Assembly (NCBI GenBank): GCA_049287205.1
Contig: JBAQFJ010000001.1
Coordinates: 767,041-831,040 of the forward strand
Length of the DNA stretch: 64,000 nucleotides
DNA from: Microgenomates group bacterium
GTDB lineage: Bacteria; Patescibacteriota; Microgenomatia; UBA10105; UBA927
Direction: 5' to 3'
A model generated the notes under the pieces. The model worked only from the letters and a program-made list of their open reading frames with translations. It was not told the origin of the DNA and did not search any database. This document shows, piece after piece, positions 9,629 through 18,385 of this stretch. The translations under genes and the position numbers were made by a program. Each line of letters begins with the position of its first letter. The first letter of the stretch is position 1.

Positions 9629-10033
9629 TTATTTTGTTAAACCTAACTTTTTTGATATTTCTTTAAATCGTGGTTTTTCTTTGGTTTCAAGGTAATTCAA
9701 CAGTCTTCGACGTTTTGAAATGATTCCCAAAAGTCCTCGACGTGAATGATTATCTTTGTTGTTTGTCTTCAAGTGAGATGCAAGCTTTTCAATACGTGCG
9801 GTAAGAAGAGCAATTTGCACTTCCGGGCTTCCTGTATCGCCTGCTTTTACTTGATATTCAGCAATGATTTGTGCCTTTTCTTCGCTTGGAACGGGTTCTT
9901 CGACTTTTGAAGCTGCTTTTTCCACTTTTGCGGTCTTTTTGACTGCTTTCTTTTCCACTTTTTCAGCCTTAACGACGGCCTTTTTAACTGCTTTTACTTC
10001 TGTTTTTGCGACTTTTTTAACTTTTGTTGCCAT
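9629..10033 (-). CDS. rpsO: Ribosomal protein S15 with a roughly 45-aa lysine/alanine-rich N-terminal extension
   Basis: The C-terminal roughly 89 aa match the S15 core (GDTGSPEVQIALLTARI...HSRRGLL). The N-terminal repeats AKTEVKAVKKAVVKAEKVEKKAVKK are histone H1-like. Confidence 0.88.
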   Translation of the reverse strand: MATKVKKVAKTEVKAVKKAVVKAEKVEKKAVKKTAKVEKAASKVEEPVPSEEKAQIIAEYQVKAGDTGSPEVQIALLTARIEKLASHLKTNNKDNHSRRGLLGIISKRRRLLNYLETKEKPRFKEISKKLGLTK

Positions 10034-10212
10034 AATTATTTAATAAAAAGGGAGCGGCTCTTTCCTGCTCCAGTAGGGGTATTTTACACTAAATGGGCTT
10101 CAATTACAAGGGACGTGGTTTGAAGCAGTTTTAATGGAAACTGATTACTTAATAAATATCAAAAATTTTATAAAATCATTAAATTTGATATAGTATGATA
10201 TAATTAATACTC

Positions 10213-10866
10213 ATGAACAACTTCAAAGAGTCAGCGAGACAAATTATTTCAAAAATGACTCCTTCACCTCCTAATGATAGAAATACTGAATCTCCAGGTG
10301 AAGCACTCATAAGACAACAACAAGAACTACTAAATTCCACAGGAATAATGCAACTATTTCAACTTATAAGAACTTCTCTTAAAGAACAAAAAGTCGCTTA
10401 TTCCATCGAAGAATATAATACTGCATTTTGGGAACGATCATTAGAAAGATGTTTCTTACCTCAATTAGATGGCACTACGTGGCATTCAGACAAAACACAA
10501 AATCTTTTTTTACAAGCTCAACAAGCAAAAGATAATTTACAGAAAAAAGAACGTGTTTTTTGGCATACGAAAGTCAGCTGGAAAATGCAAGAAACTACCA
10601 CTTTTGGTAGTGGTAGCCAACACTTTAGCTATGTAGATAATTATATTCAAGCACTCGTTGATACTGATAATTCCGACGTCATTCTCTGCGGTGAAACTTC
10701 AACATTAATCCCATTTAAAGAATGGAATCAAACCTCCCGTATTTCATCCGTATTGTTAGAAAAACTCGCTAAGCCACGCACAATTGGCATGGATGGCAGA
10801 TATAGCCCAGACCGCGCTGAGCCCTCAAATGAATATTCTAGTGAGATATTTTCCGATGGAAGATAA
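10213..10866 (+). CDS. Hypothetical protein (217 aa), no recognisable motif
   Basis: Clean ATG ORF with an upstream TGaTATAAT extended -10. Composition is hydrophilic. Confidence 0.45.
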   Translation: MNNFKESARQIISKMTPSPPNDRNTESPGEALIRQQQELLNSTGIMQLFQLIRTSLKEQKVAYSIEEYNTAFWERSLERCFLPQLDGTTWHSDKTQNLFLQAQQAKDNLQKKERVFWHTKVSWKMQETTTFGSGSQHFSYVDNYIQALVDTDNSDVILCGETSTLIPFKEWNQTSRISSVLLEKLAKPRTIGMDGRYSPDRAEPSNEYSSEIFSDGR

Positions 10867-10901
10867 CTTCTTAAGACTCATTTTTAATGATTGAAGTTAA
10901 T

Positions 10902-11489
10902 TTAACTCTTTTCTAAGAATAGAGTAATTAGCTTTGAAAATATCGTCAACGCAGAAAGAATACCTGGAGAATGAAACACCATTGGGATTTGTATGTTTGT
11001 TGCTCCTTGGATTGTAAGTGTGTCATCAGGTACCAATTCGTCAAAAATCGGATGGATAGTCATGATCTTCACTCGATCTTTTGCGGTAAACGACTTTTCT
11101 GCTTCCTCCGCCATTTTAATTGACTGGGCAAATGCAGGACTAGAGCTCGTTCGATTTTCAAATGATCGAAACCCTTTAGTAGTCCCCGTCCGTACTCTCC
11201 CACAGATATTGATGACCCGATGAATGACGTCTTTTCGCGCTGCAAAAATATTTAGGACTGCACTTCCTCCTGCACTGTTGCCAATGAGTGACACTGTATG
11301 TCCGTCTTTCACAAATCCGTCGACGAGTTTCAGCAAACGATTGAGTTTCGGCATGAATTGTTTTTCTTCATCAAACCACCCAACTGGATATACCACTGTA
11401 TCCAACCCAAATCTTTTCCAATGCCGAGTAATCAAACGTAAATGTATTGATTCATCTCCAAGACCGGGAATAATTATTATTTTATGCAT
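10902..11489 (-). CDS. Alpha/beta hydrolase-fold protein (lipase/esterase-like)
   Basis: It has a GxSxG nucleophile elbow (IGNSAGG) and a later His (MVFHSPG). Length is 195 aa. Confidence 0.65.
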   Translation of the reverse strand: MHKIIIIPGLGDESIHLRLITRHWKRFGLDTVVYPVGWFDEEKQFMPKLNRLLKLVDGFVKDGHTVSLIGNSAGGSAVLNIFAARKDVIHRVINICGRVRTGTTKGFRSFENRTSSSPAFAQSIKMAEEAEKSFTAKDRVKIMTIHPIFDELVPDDTLTIQGATNIQIPMVFHSPGILSALTIFSKLITLFLEKS

Positions 11490-11490
11490 A

Positions 11491-12228
11491 TTAGTTCATT
11501 GCAGGTGCATCATGTGGTATAGCACGTTTCAAAATTGCATCATACTCCCCGACCATTACCCAAAGTGATGAAACAGGAAGCTGTTCAATTTCTAATAAGT
11601 ACGTCACCATCGTTCGTGCGCGTGTATAATATTTTTCTCCTTTGTTTTCCGGTGTATGCAGATATTTATCGAGCACCGTTTCATAATTTTGAGACCCATG
11701 TGCGACATATTCACAATACCCTTCCAATACCCAGTTTGTTTTAAACGGATATTTGTATCGCGGCATAGACTGATATTCCAGTGTGTGCGTCATTTCATGG
11801 GTCATGTAATAATCGAGTGTTCTGTCGCCTCCAGATATTTTTCCCGACGGGCCATACAACCTGTTATTTTTTACATCGACTTTCCGAAGAAAAATGCTGT
11901 GATTGAGCGGAACGTAATTGATGCCGCCCGTTTTGTAATTAATGTTTGTAAAATACCGCCACCTAATCGGATTGTTTGCGATAAAAATCCTCTGATGTGT
12001 GGAAGGTTTATACAACACTGATTTTTGCAGTCTGCTTTCCGCAGTCTCTAAAATTACAGTCATTTCGGCAACAGGAATTTCTTCATCTGAATAGACCGCG
12101 ACAAACCCGACCGTCATTTTATTTTTGAATGCAAACTCAGGAAAACAAAGAGTGAGTGCATATACAAAACCAACTCCCAGAATTACAAGAATACTTTTTC
12201 CGATTATTTTTCCTATCTTTTTTGCCAT
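11491..12228 (-). CDS. Membrane-anchored putative zinc metallopeptidase (HExxH)
   Basis: An N-terminal TM helix is followed by YMTHEMTHTLEY (HExxH). It sits 2 nt upstream of the hydrolase, so the pair is a probable operon. The ATG at 12226-12228 is chosen over the track's TTG at 12246. Confidence 0.5.
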   Translation of the reverse strand: MAKKIGKIIGKSILVILGVGFVYALTLCFPEFAFKNKMTVGFVAVYSDEEIPVAEMTVILETAESRLQKSVLYKPSTHQRIFIANNPIRWRYFTNINYKTGGINYVPLNHSIFLRKVDVKNNRLYGPSGKISGGDRTLDYYMTHEMTHTLEYQSMPRYKYPFKTNWVLEGYCEYVAHGSQNYETVLDKYLHTPENKGEKYYTRARTMVTYLLEIEQLPVSSLWVMVGEYDAILKRAIPHDAPAMN

Positions 12229-12278
12229 AGCTCCAGTGTAAACCAAAATACTTCTTCCTTCATAGTATAATCAAACTA

Positions 12279-12782
12279 ATGCAGGTTACCATCCAAAAAC
12301 ACACACTCACAGAAGAAGAAATTACCGACCTCATTTCCTCAATAAAAACCGCTCCTGACCTCGCCTTTGTTGACAGAAAAAACTGGAAACGATATCCAAA
12401 TCCGTATTGCGTCTTTGCGGACAACGAATTTGCAGGGGTCTGCTGCACCAGTGAAACCGAGCGCTGGGTAAAAATCGGACCACTTGTCACACTTCCAAAG
12501 TTTCAAGGAAAAGGGTTGGGAAAACTGCTATTCAATACCGTTGTTACAAAACAAACAAAATCACTCTGCGTCATGTCCTCATGTCCAATCCTTCAACATC
12601 TGACAAACGCCGCAGGATTCACAGAAGTACCGAATGTATTTGCATTACCAATGGAAGTACGGAAACTTCTTATTAAACAACTCATGAATTATCTGAGTAT
12701 TCCCTATCTTCTTGAAGCACTCAGAAAAAAGCTATTTCTCAAACGTGGAAAAGTGAGCGTGTTTACGAAATTATTACTTTAA
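12279..12782 (+). CDS. GNAT-family N-acetyltransferase
   Basis: Acetyl-CoA binding motif QGKGLGKLL. Length is 167 aa. Confidence 0.55.
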   Translation: MQVTIQKHTLTEEEITDLISSIKTAPDLAFVDRKNWKRYPNPYCVFADNEFAGVCCTSETERWVKIGPLVTLPKFQGKGLGKLLFNTVVTKQTKSLCVMSSCPILQHLTNAAGFTEVPNVFALPMEVRKLLIKQLMNYLSIPYLLEALRKKLFLKRGKVSVFTKLLL

Positions 12783-13417
12783 TTATTTTTCGCTTTAAGT
12801 AATTGTGTAACTAATTCTTTTCGATCCCAAAGTTCAACGTTCAGTTTATTTGCAGCGAATCTCGCATTCTTTGTAAAAGTACTATTCGTAACGATCAATG
12901 CATTGTCGCAATTCGTAATTTTTTTTCCAGCGTCAAGCTTTTCAACCGCCGTGTTATCAACATGTTCTCTTCGCTTAAATCGTTTTGCCTGCACAGCTGT
13001 TCTGATACCATCTTTTTCGATAATAATATCAACTCCATATTCATTACCTCGATGGTGTTTAGAGTAATGTTCAACTGAATAACCTAATTGACTAAAAAGA
13101 ATACACAATTTCTCTTCAAATAAGTCTCCACCTTTCATCGCATCTATTTCATAGATACCAGCTTTTTTAAGAAGATACATTTGGTAGAACTGATAGATAA
13201 TCAAAACGACAAAAATTTCAACAATAAGCGTAAATATAGCCCAAAAAAGAGGAGTCAAAGAAAAATTGTCGTGTATTGATTCAGACACAACAACAGTTTG
13301 AACATAACGATTTAATGCAATATAACCAATAAATAATATAAGAATTTTTGTTATGAGACGTGTAAAAGAAACATTTCGATATCGTCTACTCATACCTTTC
13401 AGTATACCTGTGCTCAT
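12779..13417 (-). CDS. Membrane-anchored Mrr-like restriction endonuclease domain protein (Mrr_cat-like)
   Basis: Two N-terminal TM helices are followed by GDLFE...GVDIIIEK...QAKRF, the Mrr/PD-(D/E)xK catalytic core pattern (D...E/D-x-K, QxK). Confidence 0.7.
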   Translation of the reverse strand: MSTGILKGMSRRYRNVSFTRLITKILILFIGYIALNRYVQTVVVSESIHDNFSLTPLFWAIFTLIVEIFVVLIIYQFYQMYLLKKAGIYEIDAMKGGDLFEEKLCILFSQLGYSVEHYSKHHRGNEYGVDIIIEKDGIRTAVQAKRFKRREHVDNTAVEKLDAGKKITNCDNALIVTNSTFTKNARFAANKLNVELWDRKELVTQLLKAKNN

Positions 13418-13462
13418 TTAGTAAATTCAACATAAGATCATATCTTGGAGTACTATATCCAT

Positions 13463-13948
13463 ATGGAAGCAAATCAACATCTTACGTTAGCCATGCTTTT
13501 GACAGGAACTGCAATTCTGACTGTTTTGTTTTCAAAAGGGTATCTCAACACCTTAATCTCAAACATATTAAGGATTATTAAGTCTGCGATTATCATTCCG
13601 ATATCATCTTTTATCTCTTTCATTCATACCTTTTTCATTAAACCAATCATAAAAATCATTCGTCGCATTCATCTCCCTCTCGGCATAAAAATAGTTCTGT
13701 ATTTTCTCATTGGTATCGGTATACTGACACTTGATCATTTTTATGGCACGACACTCTTTGAGGCAGACGAAACAACTTTTTATCACTTCATTTTTCAGGG
13801 AACAACCTATTGGGTAACACAGGAAGCATTAATCATCGGAGGATTTTTTCTCGGTATCGGAGTATTTCTTCTATTGATGGAAATTTTGGAGGGAATAAAT
13901 AAAATCCTCAGTACACCAATTCACATTTCTATCATCATTAAAAAATAA
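13463..13948 (+). CDS. Hypothetical polytopic membrane protein
   Basis: Four or more hydrophobic segments. The track ORF starts on TTG at 13445, and I prefer the ATG at 13463. Confidence 0.4.
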   Translation: MEANQHLTLAMLLTGTAILTVLFSKGYLNTLISNILRIIKSAIIIPISSFISFIHTFFIKPIIKIIRRIHLPLGIKIVLYFLIGIGILTLDHFYGTTLFEADETTFYHFIFQGTTYWVTQEALIIGGFFLGIGVFLLLMEILEGINKILSTPIHISIIIKK

Positions 13949-14077
13949 AAATTCCTGTACTGCACTTGAAGCGATCAAAAAATTACTCTGAAACAAATAC
14001 AAATATTTTCTTAATAAGACTTAACATCTTTGCTATTATAGCCCTTAATGTTAGTATAAGCTTAGTCATTAAATATC

Positions 14078-17000
14078 ATGACCAAACACATTAATAATAC
14101 CGAATCGCTCCTAAATAGTGAAGAATATAACCGCGAGTTATCGTCTACTCTAATTTCTATCTTAAAGAAAACAAACAGTGCTGTTACTGAAGCAACTGTT
14201 GCATCAATTTTTGAAAATGAGTTATATCATTTCTTAAAATCTTTTTTTAACAAAGATATCATTTTTGAAAAAGAGATTGGTGAATCTGCTTTTCGACATA
14301 AATTTAACGGTCGATTAGATGCCATATCTAACTCGTTGATTATTGAATATAAACGGAAATCTAAATTAGATAAATCAATCGACCAAGAAAAAGCAACAAC
14401 CCAAGTTATAAATTATTTACAACAATTAAAAACGGAGCAAAATAATCAATTTTATGCCATTCTGACTGATGGAGTAAAAATTCGTTATTTTTACTATCAG
14501 AATGGTATTTTACACTTTACACCATTCAAAACTATTGACACTAACGATTTAGATAGACTCATTAAATCTTTACTTATAGTTGATTATAAACAATTTGTTC
14601 CGGAAAATATCATTAAAGATTTTAAATTTAATTCCTTGAATTCATGCACACATAAACTTGCTAACTGTCTTTTTCGTTTTCTTGAAACTAATATGACTGA
14701 AAAAACGAATATGCTTTTTCAAGAATGGGAAGTACTTTTTCATTTATCCGAAAGTGATCAAGGGCAAAATTCTGATATTGTTAAAAGAAGATTAGTTTTA
14801 AATAAAATTTTTAATACCAAAATCCTAGATAATAATAAAGATTATAAAGCCTTATTTGCTTTGCAGACAACCTATGCGATTATTGTTAAATTAATTGCAT
14901 GTAAAGTTATCTCTAAGCTAACCTTCAATAATGAAATTATGTATTTTTCTGATTTAACTACAATTGATTCAGAAAAATTAAGAGCATTTTTTGAAAAAGT
15001 TGAAGATGGTTATGATTTTGCAACTGGAGGTATTAGAAATCTATTAGAAGGAGATTTTTTTTCATGGTATTGTACTTTCGAACAATGGAATGAAGAGGAA
15101 GCAAAAATTTTTATTGAAATAATTAATATTCTAGAAGGGTATGCAAATACATCGTTTAAATACGGGTATGCTACAATCGACATTTTTAAAGATCTATATA
15201 TGGAAATTATGCCAAACGAGGTAAGACACAGTCTAGGTGAATATTTTACTCCCGCGTGGTTAGCAGATTACGTAGTTAAAGAAAGCATCAACAGCATTCA
15301 GAAAAAAGAATGGAGAGCTATTGATCCATGTTGTGGAAGCGGAATTTTTATTATTTCTTTAATAAAATCAATAATTGGAAATACTGACATCATCAGTCTT
15401 GATAATAATCAAAAAAAAACTTTGTTAAAAAAAATTTTAACGCGGGTTGAAGGAATTGATATAAATCCATTATCTGTTTTAACTGCTAGAGTAAGTTACC
15501 TTTTTGCAATCGCACCTCTAATTGAAAATACAAAATTTGAAATACCTATCTATTTAGGAGATTCTGCAAATATTCCAAAAATAATTTCACTTGATGGAGT
15601 TGAATGTTATGAATACAAAATAAATACAAAACAAGGTGATATTGACTCCATCTTACCATGTTCTTTTGTGCATAATTCAAACTTCATTGAAAAAATGAGT
15701 CTTCTTCAAACAACAATTAAAATAAAAGATCCAAATATTGTATACGATAAAATCGTAAGTAATTTTCCTAAATCAGATTGTAATAAGTCTGTTTCTCAGG
15801 CTATTAATAGATTTTCTAAGCAGCTGGTTTCACTGAGTATAAACAATTGGGATGGCATTTGGATAAGAATTGTTATGAATTTTATGCTGATAGCTAGAAT
15901 TCACAACATCGATATTATTGTTGGGAATCCTCCTTGGGTAAAATGGGAGTTTTTACCTCAATCTTATGCAGAAAATATCAAAGCCCTTTGCATTAGTCGA
16001 CATCTATTTTCTGGACAAACCTATATGGGAGCTATTAGCTTAAACATATGCGCGCTAATAGCAAACGTAACAGCTTCCACTTGGCTTAATGAAGAAGGTA
16101 TATTAGCTTTTCTTATGCCTAAAACTCTAATGACGCAAGATTCTTATGCAGGATTTAGAAATTTTTACTTGGATTTAGATAAACACAGAATGTATCTACA
16201 AAAAGTCGATGATTGGTCTTGGTCAGGAAATCCTTTCATTTATACGACAGAAAAATTTCTAACTTATTATTATAAAAAAACAGCAATTGATTATTTTAAT
16301 GGCATACCGGTAAAAAATATTATTAAAAATAAGAGCGTCGATATAAAAAATATCAATAGATTAAATGACTTTGACTCAGTAAAAAAATACTTTCAACTTT
16401 CATTTGGGAATGCCTATCAATTAGACAGTCAAAGAACTGGTTTTACATTATTTAAAGAAAATAATGTTAATTTACTAAAACAATTCATTAAGATTATCGG
16501 TGAGTGCGCTTACAAAGCTCGAAGTGGAGTAGAATTTACTCCAGCTGAAGTGTATTTCATTGAACCACAAAAAGAAAGCTCAGAAGCTGGATTGTATATA
16601 TTTAATAATTCGGTCTTTAAAAACTCAAAATATAAAGCAGATAAAAATAATGGAATAAAATTAGAAACGAACTATATACGACCGGTTATTAAAAGTCCTT
16701 ATATCACTTCATACAAGATTTTATCTTCAAATAATTATTGTATTTTCCCATATAATGATAATTCTTGTACTTCAGTTAATCTAACCGAATTAAATGCTAA
16801 TAATGAATATTTAGCTGATTATTTTATTAAACAAAAAAATATTATTCAAAAACAGTCAAAAAGAAGCTTAACAATATCCAAAGGAACTGACTTCTACTCT
16901 CTCTCAAAAGTAGGACAATATACTTTTGCTAACCATCTTGTAACATTTCGAGATAATACCAAACTTGTCGCGGCTGTTGTTTCTAAAATTAAAACACCAT

Positions 17001-17332
17001 GGGGTGAGACTAAAATGCCAATATGTGCCAAACATTCACCTTACATAAGTATGGATAAGAACAATAGATACATAACGGAAGATGAAGCTCATTATATTTG
17101 CGGTATTCTTAATACCGCACTAGTACAAGAATATTTTAAATGCACTTTCAGCACAAGATCTTACAGCATTGATTTTAATATAAAAATTCCACTATTCGAT
17201 CCTAAAAATGCTTTACAACAAAAAATTAGTTCACTTGCTAAACAAGCTATCAACACAAAAACTAATATTTTAAGCCTTAATTTAGAAATTGAAAATCTAT
17301 ATATTCAACTTTGTGAACACACCAATAAATAA
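14078..17332 (+). CDS. Type IIG/IIL (MmeI-like) restriction-modification fusion: N-terminal PD-ExK nuclease, gamma-class N6-adenine MTase and a C-terminal target-recognition region
   Basis: MTase motifs read in order are x-region EYFTP, motif I IDPCCGSGIF and motif IV IVGNPPWVKWEF. The N-terminal GRLDAISNSLIIEYKRK fits D-x8-E-x-K. Length is 1084 aa and there are no helicase motifs. Confidence 0.78.
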   Translation: MTKHINNTESLLNSEEYNRELSSTLISILKKTNSAVTEATVASIFENELYHFLKSFFNKDIIFEKEIGESAFRHKFNGRLDAISNSLIIEYKRKSKLDKSIDQEKATTQVINYLQQLKTEQNNQFYAILTDGVKIRYFYYQNGILHFTPFKTIDTNDLDRLIKSLLIVDYKQFVPENIIKDFKFNSLNSCTHKLANCLFRFLETNMTEKTNMLFQEWEVLFHLSESDQGQNSDIVKRRLVLNKIFNTKILDNNKDYKALFALQTTYAIIVKLIACKVISKLTFNNEIMYFSDLTTIDSEKLRAFFEKVEDGYDFATGGIRNLLEGDFFSWYCTFEQWNEEEAKIFIEIINILEGYANTSFKYGYATIDIFKDLYMEIMPNEVRHSLGEYFTPAWLADYVVKESINSIQKKEWRAIDPCCGSGIFIISLIKSIIGNTDIISLDNNQKKTLLKKILTRVEGIDINPLSVLTARVSYLFAIAPLIENTKFEIPIYLGDSANIPKIISLDGVECYEYKINTKQGDIDSILPCSFVHNSNFIEKMSLLQTTIKIKDPNIVYDKIVSNFPKSDCNKSVSQAINRFSKQLVSLSINNWDGIWIRIVMNFMLIARIHNIDIIVGNPPWVKWEFLPQSYAENIKALCISRHLFSGQTYMGAISLNICALIANVTASTWLNEEGILAFLMPKTLMTQDSYAGFRNFYLDLDKHRMYLQKVDDWSWSGNPFIYTTEKFLTYYYKKTAIDYFNGIPVKNIIKNKSVDIKNINRLNDFDSVKKYFQLSFGNAYQLDSQRTGFTLFKENNVNLLKQFIKIIGECAYKARSGVEFTPAEVYFIEPQKESSEAGLYIFNNSVFKNSKYKADKNNGIKLETNYIRPVIKSPYITSYKILSSNNYCIFPYNDNSCTSVNLTELNANNEYLADYFIKQKNIIQKQSKRSLTISKGTDFYSLSKVGQYTFANHLVTFRDNTKLVAAVVSKIKTPWGETKMPICAKHSPYISMDKNNRYITEDEAHYICGILNTALVQEYFKCTFSTRSYSIDFNIKIPLFDPKNALQQKISSLAKQAINTKTNILSLNLEIENLYIQLCEHTNK

Positions 17333-17361
17333 AATCTTTATTATTTTAACGGCGTCATCAA

Positions 17362-18348
17362 TCACTTCCAAAGTTCACTAATTTTTTTTGCGGAAAGTAA
17401 TTTTTTGAGAGTTATATAGCGGGGACCCTGAGGAGCAACACCTCTTCTATATGGGACATCTAACTTAATTGGTTGAATATTCTTTTTATTTTTTAAATAT
17501 ACAATATATTTACCTGAATCTTTATATGGTTCAATTTTATCTATTTCTGCATAATGATTTACTGCTCCAACTGGCCATTTTTCATAAATAGCAATATATT
17601 TTAGCTTTTCGCGCGCTTCTTGAGAAAGGCGAATCGCCCACCATGCATTATTTTGTATATATGCATGCTTAAATCCATCTTCAAATGCAGCGCAAACCAC
17701 GGTATCATATTGGTATTCAATTTTTTTATCTTGACCATTAAAATCAACGATTTCATCATGTAATGGCTCATACACGTAAGTTAAACTTCCGTCTTTATCC
17801 GTGTAACGTTGCAATGTAACTATATCGGGAGGATCACGAAAAATACGTAGCGCTTGATTAAGGTCATTAGTAGTTTCATCAATGCATAGAATTATCTTTA
17901 TGTTATTTTGCATTGTCAAAAAATTCATCAAGTCATCAAAATTTCTAAATGATGCTTTTGCTCTATGTAATTCAATTTCCTCAAATATTTGCTTATTTTT
18001 TGTAACATATTCTATTAACGACTGCCGAATGTTATTAGTACTTACTGCAGTAGCGGTCGAGAATCGAGCTAATTGTTCAGTTATGTGGCTATAGATATCG
18101 TGGGAAACAAGCTCATTTTCGATAAAATACAGCTGCGGATGATTAACATCAATAAAATCAATAAGATAACCGTCTGGTATTCCACGAGCGTGCGCATTAT
18201 CTTGTCCTTGAAGTTTTTTAACATCTATATATATCGCTTCTGATCCAAACAAAGAAATTTTGTTATCAATTACTGTCTTTTCAAATTCTTGTTCTGAATC
18301 AAAAGTTAATAACGAATATTTTTTTGAATTTGAAAGAATATTTGCCAT
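17362..18348 (-). CDS. Hypothetical protein with a PD-(D/E)xK-like nuclease signature (ExE variant)
   Basis: GIPDGYLIDFID...LYFIENELV resembles the PD...ExE active site seen in BamHI-type enzymes. 328 aa, convergent with the RM gene. Confidence 0.45.
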   Translation of the reverse strand: MANILSNSKKYSLLTFDSEQEFEKTVIDNKISLFGSEAIYIDVKKLQGQDNAHARGIPDGYLIDFIDVNHPQLYFIENELVSHDIYSHITEQLARFSTATAVSTNNIRQSLIEYVTKNKQIFEEIELHRAKASFRNFDDLMNFLTMQNNIKIILCIDETTNDLNQALRIFRDPPDIVTLQRYTDKDGSLTYVYEPLHDEIVDFNGQDKKIEYQYDTVVCAAFEDGFKHAYIQNNAWWAIRLSQEAREKLKYIAIYEKWPVGAVNHYAEIDKIEPYKDSGKYIVYLKNKKNIQPIKLDVPYRRGVAPQGPRYITLKKLLSAKKISELWK

Positions 18349-18385
18349 ACTAAAATTATACCTTTATTCTGAACCATTCTAATAA

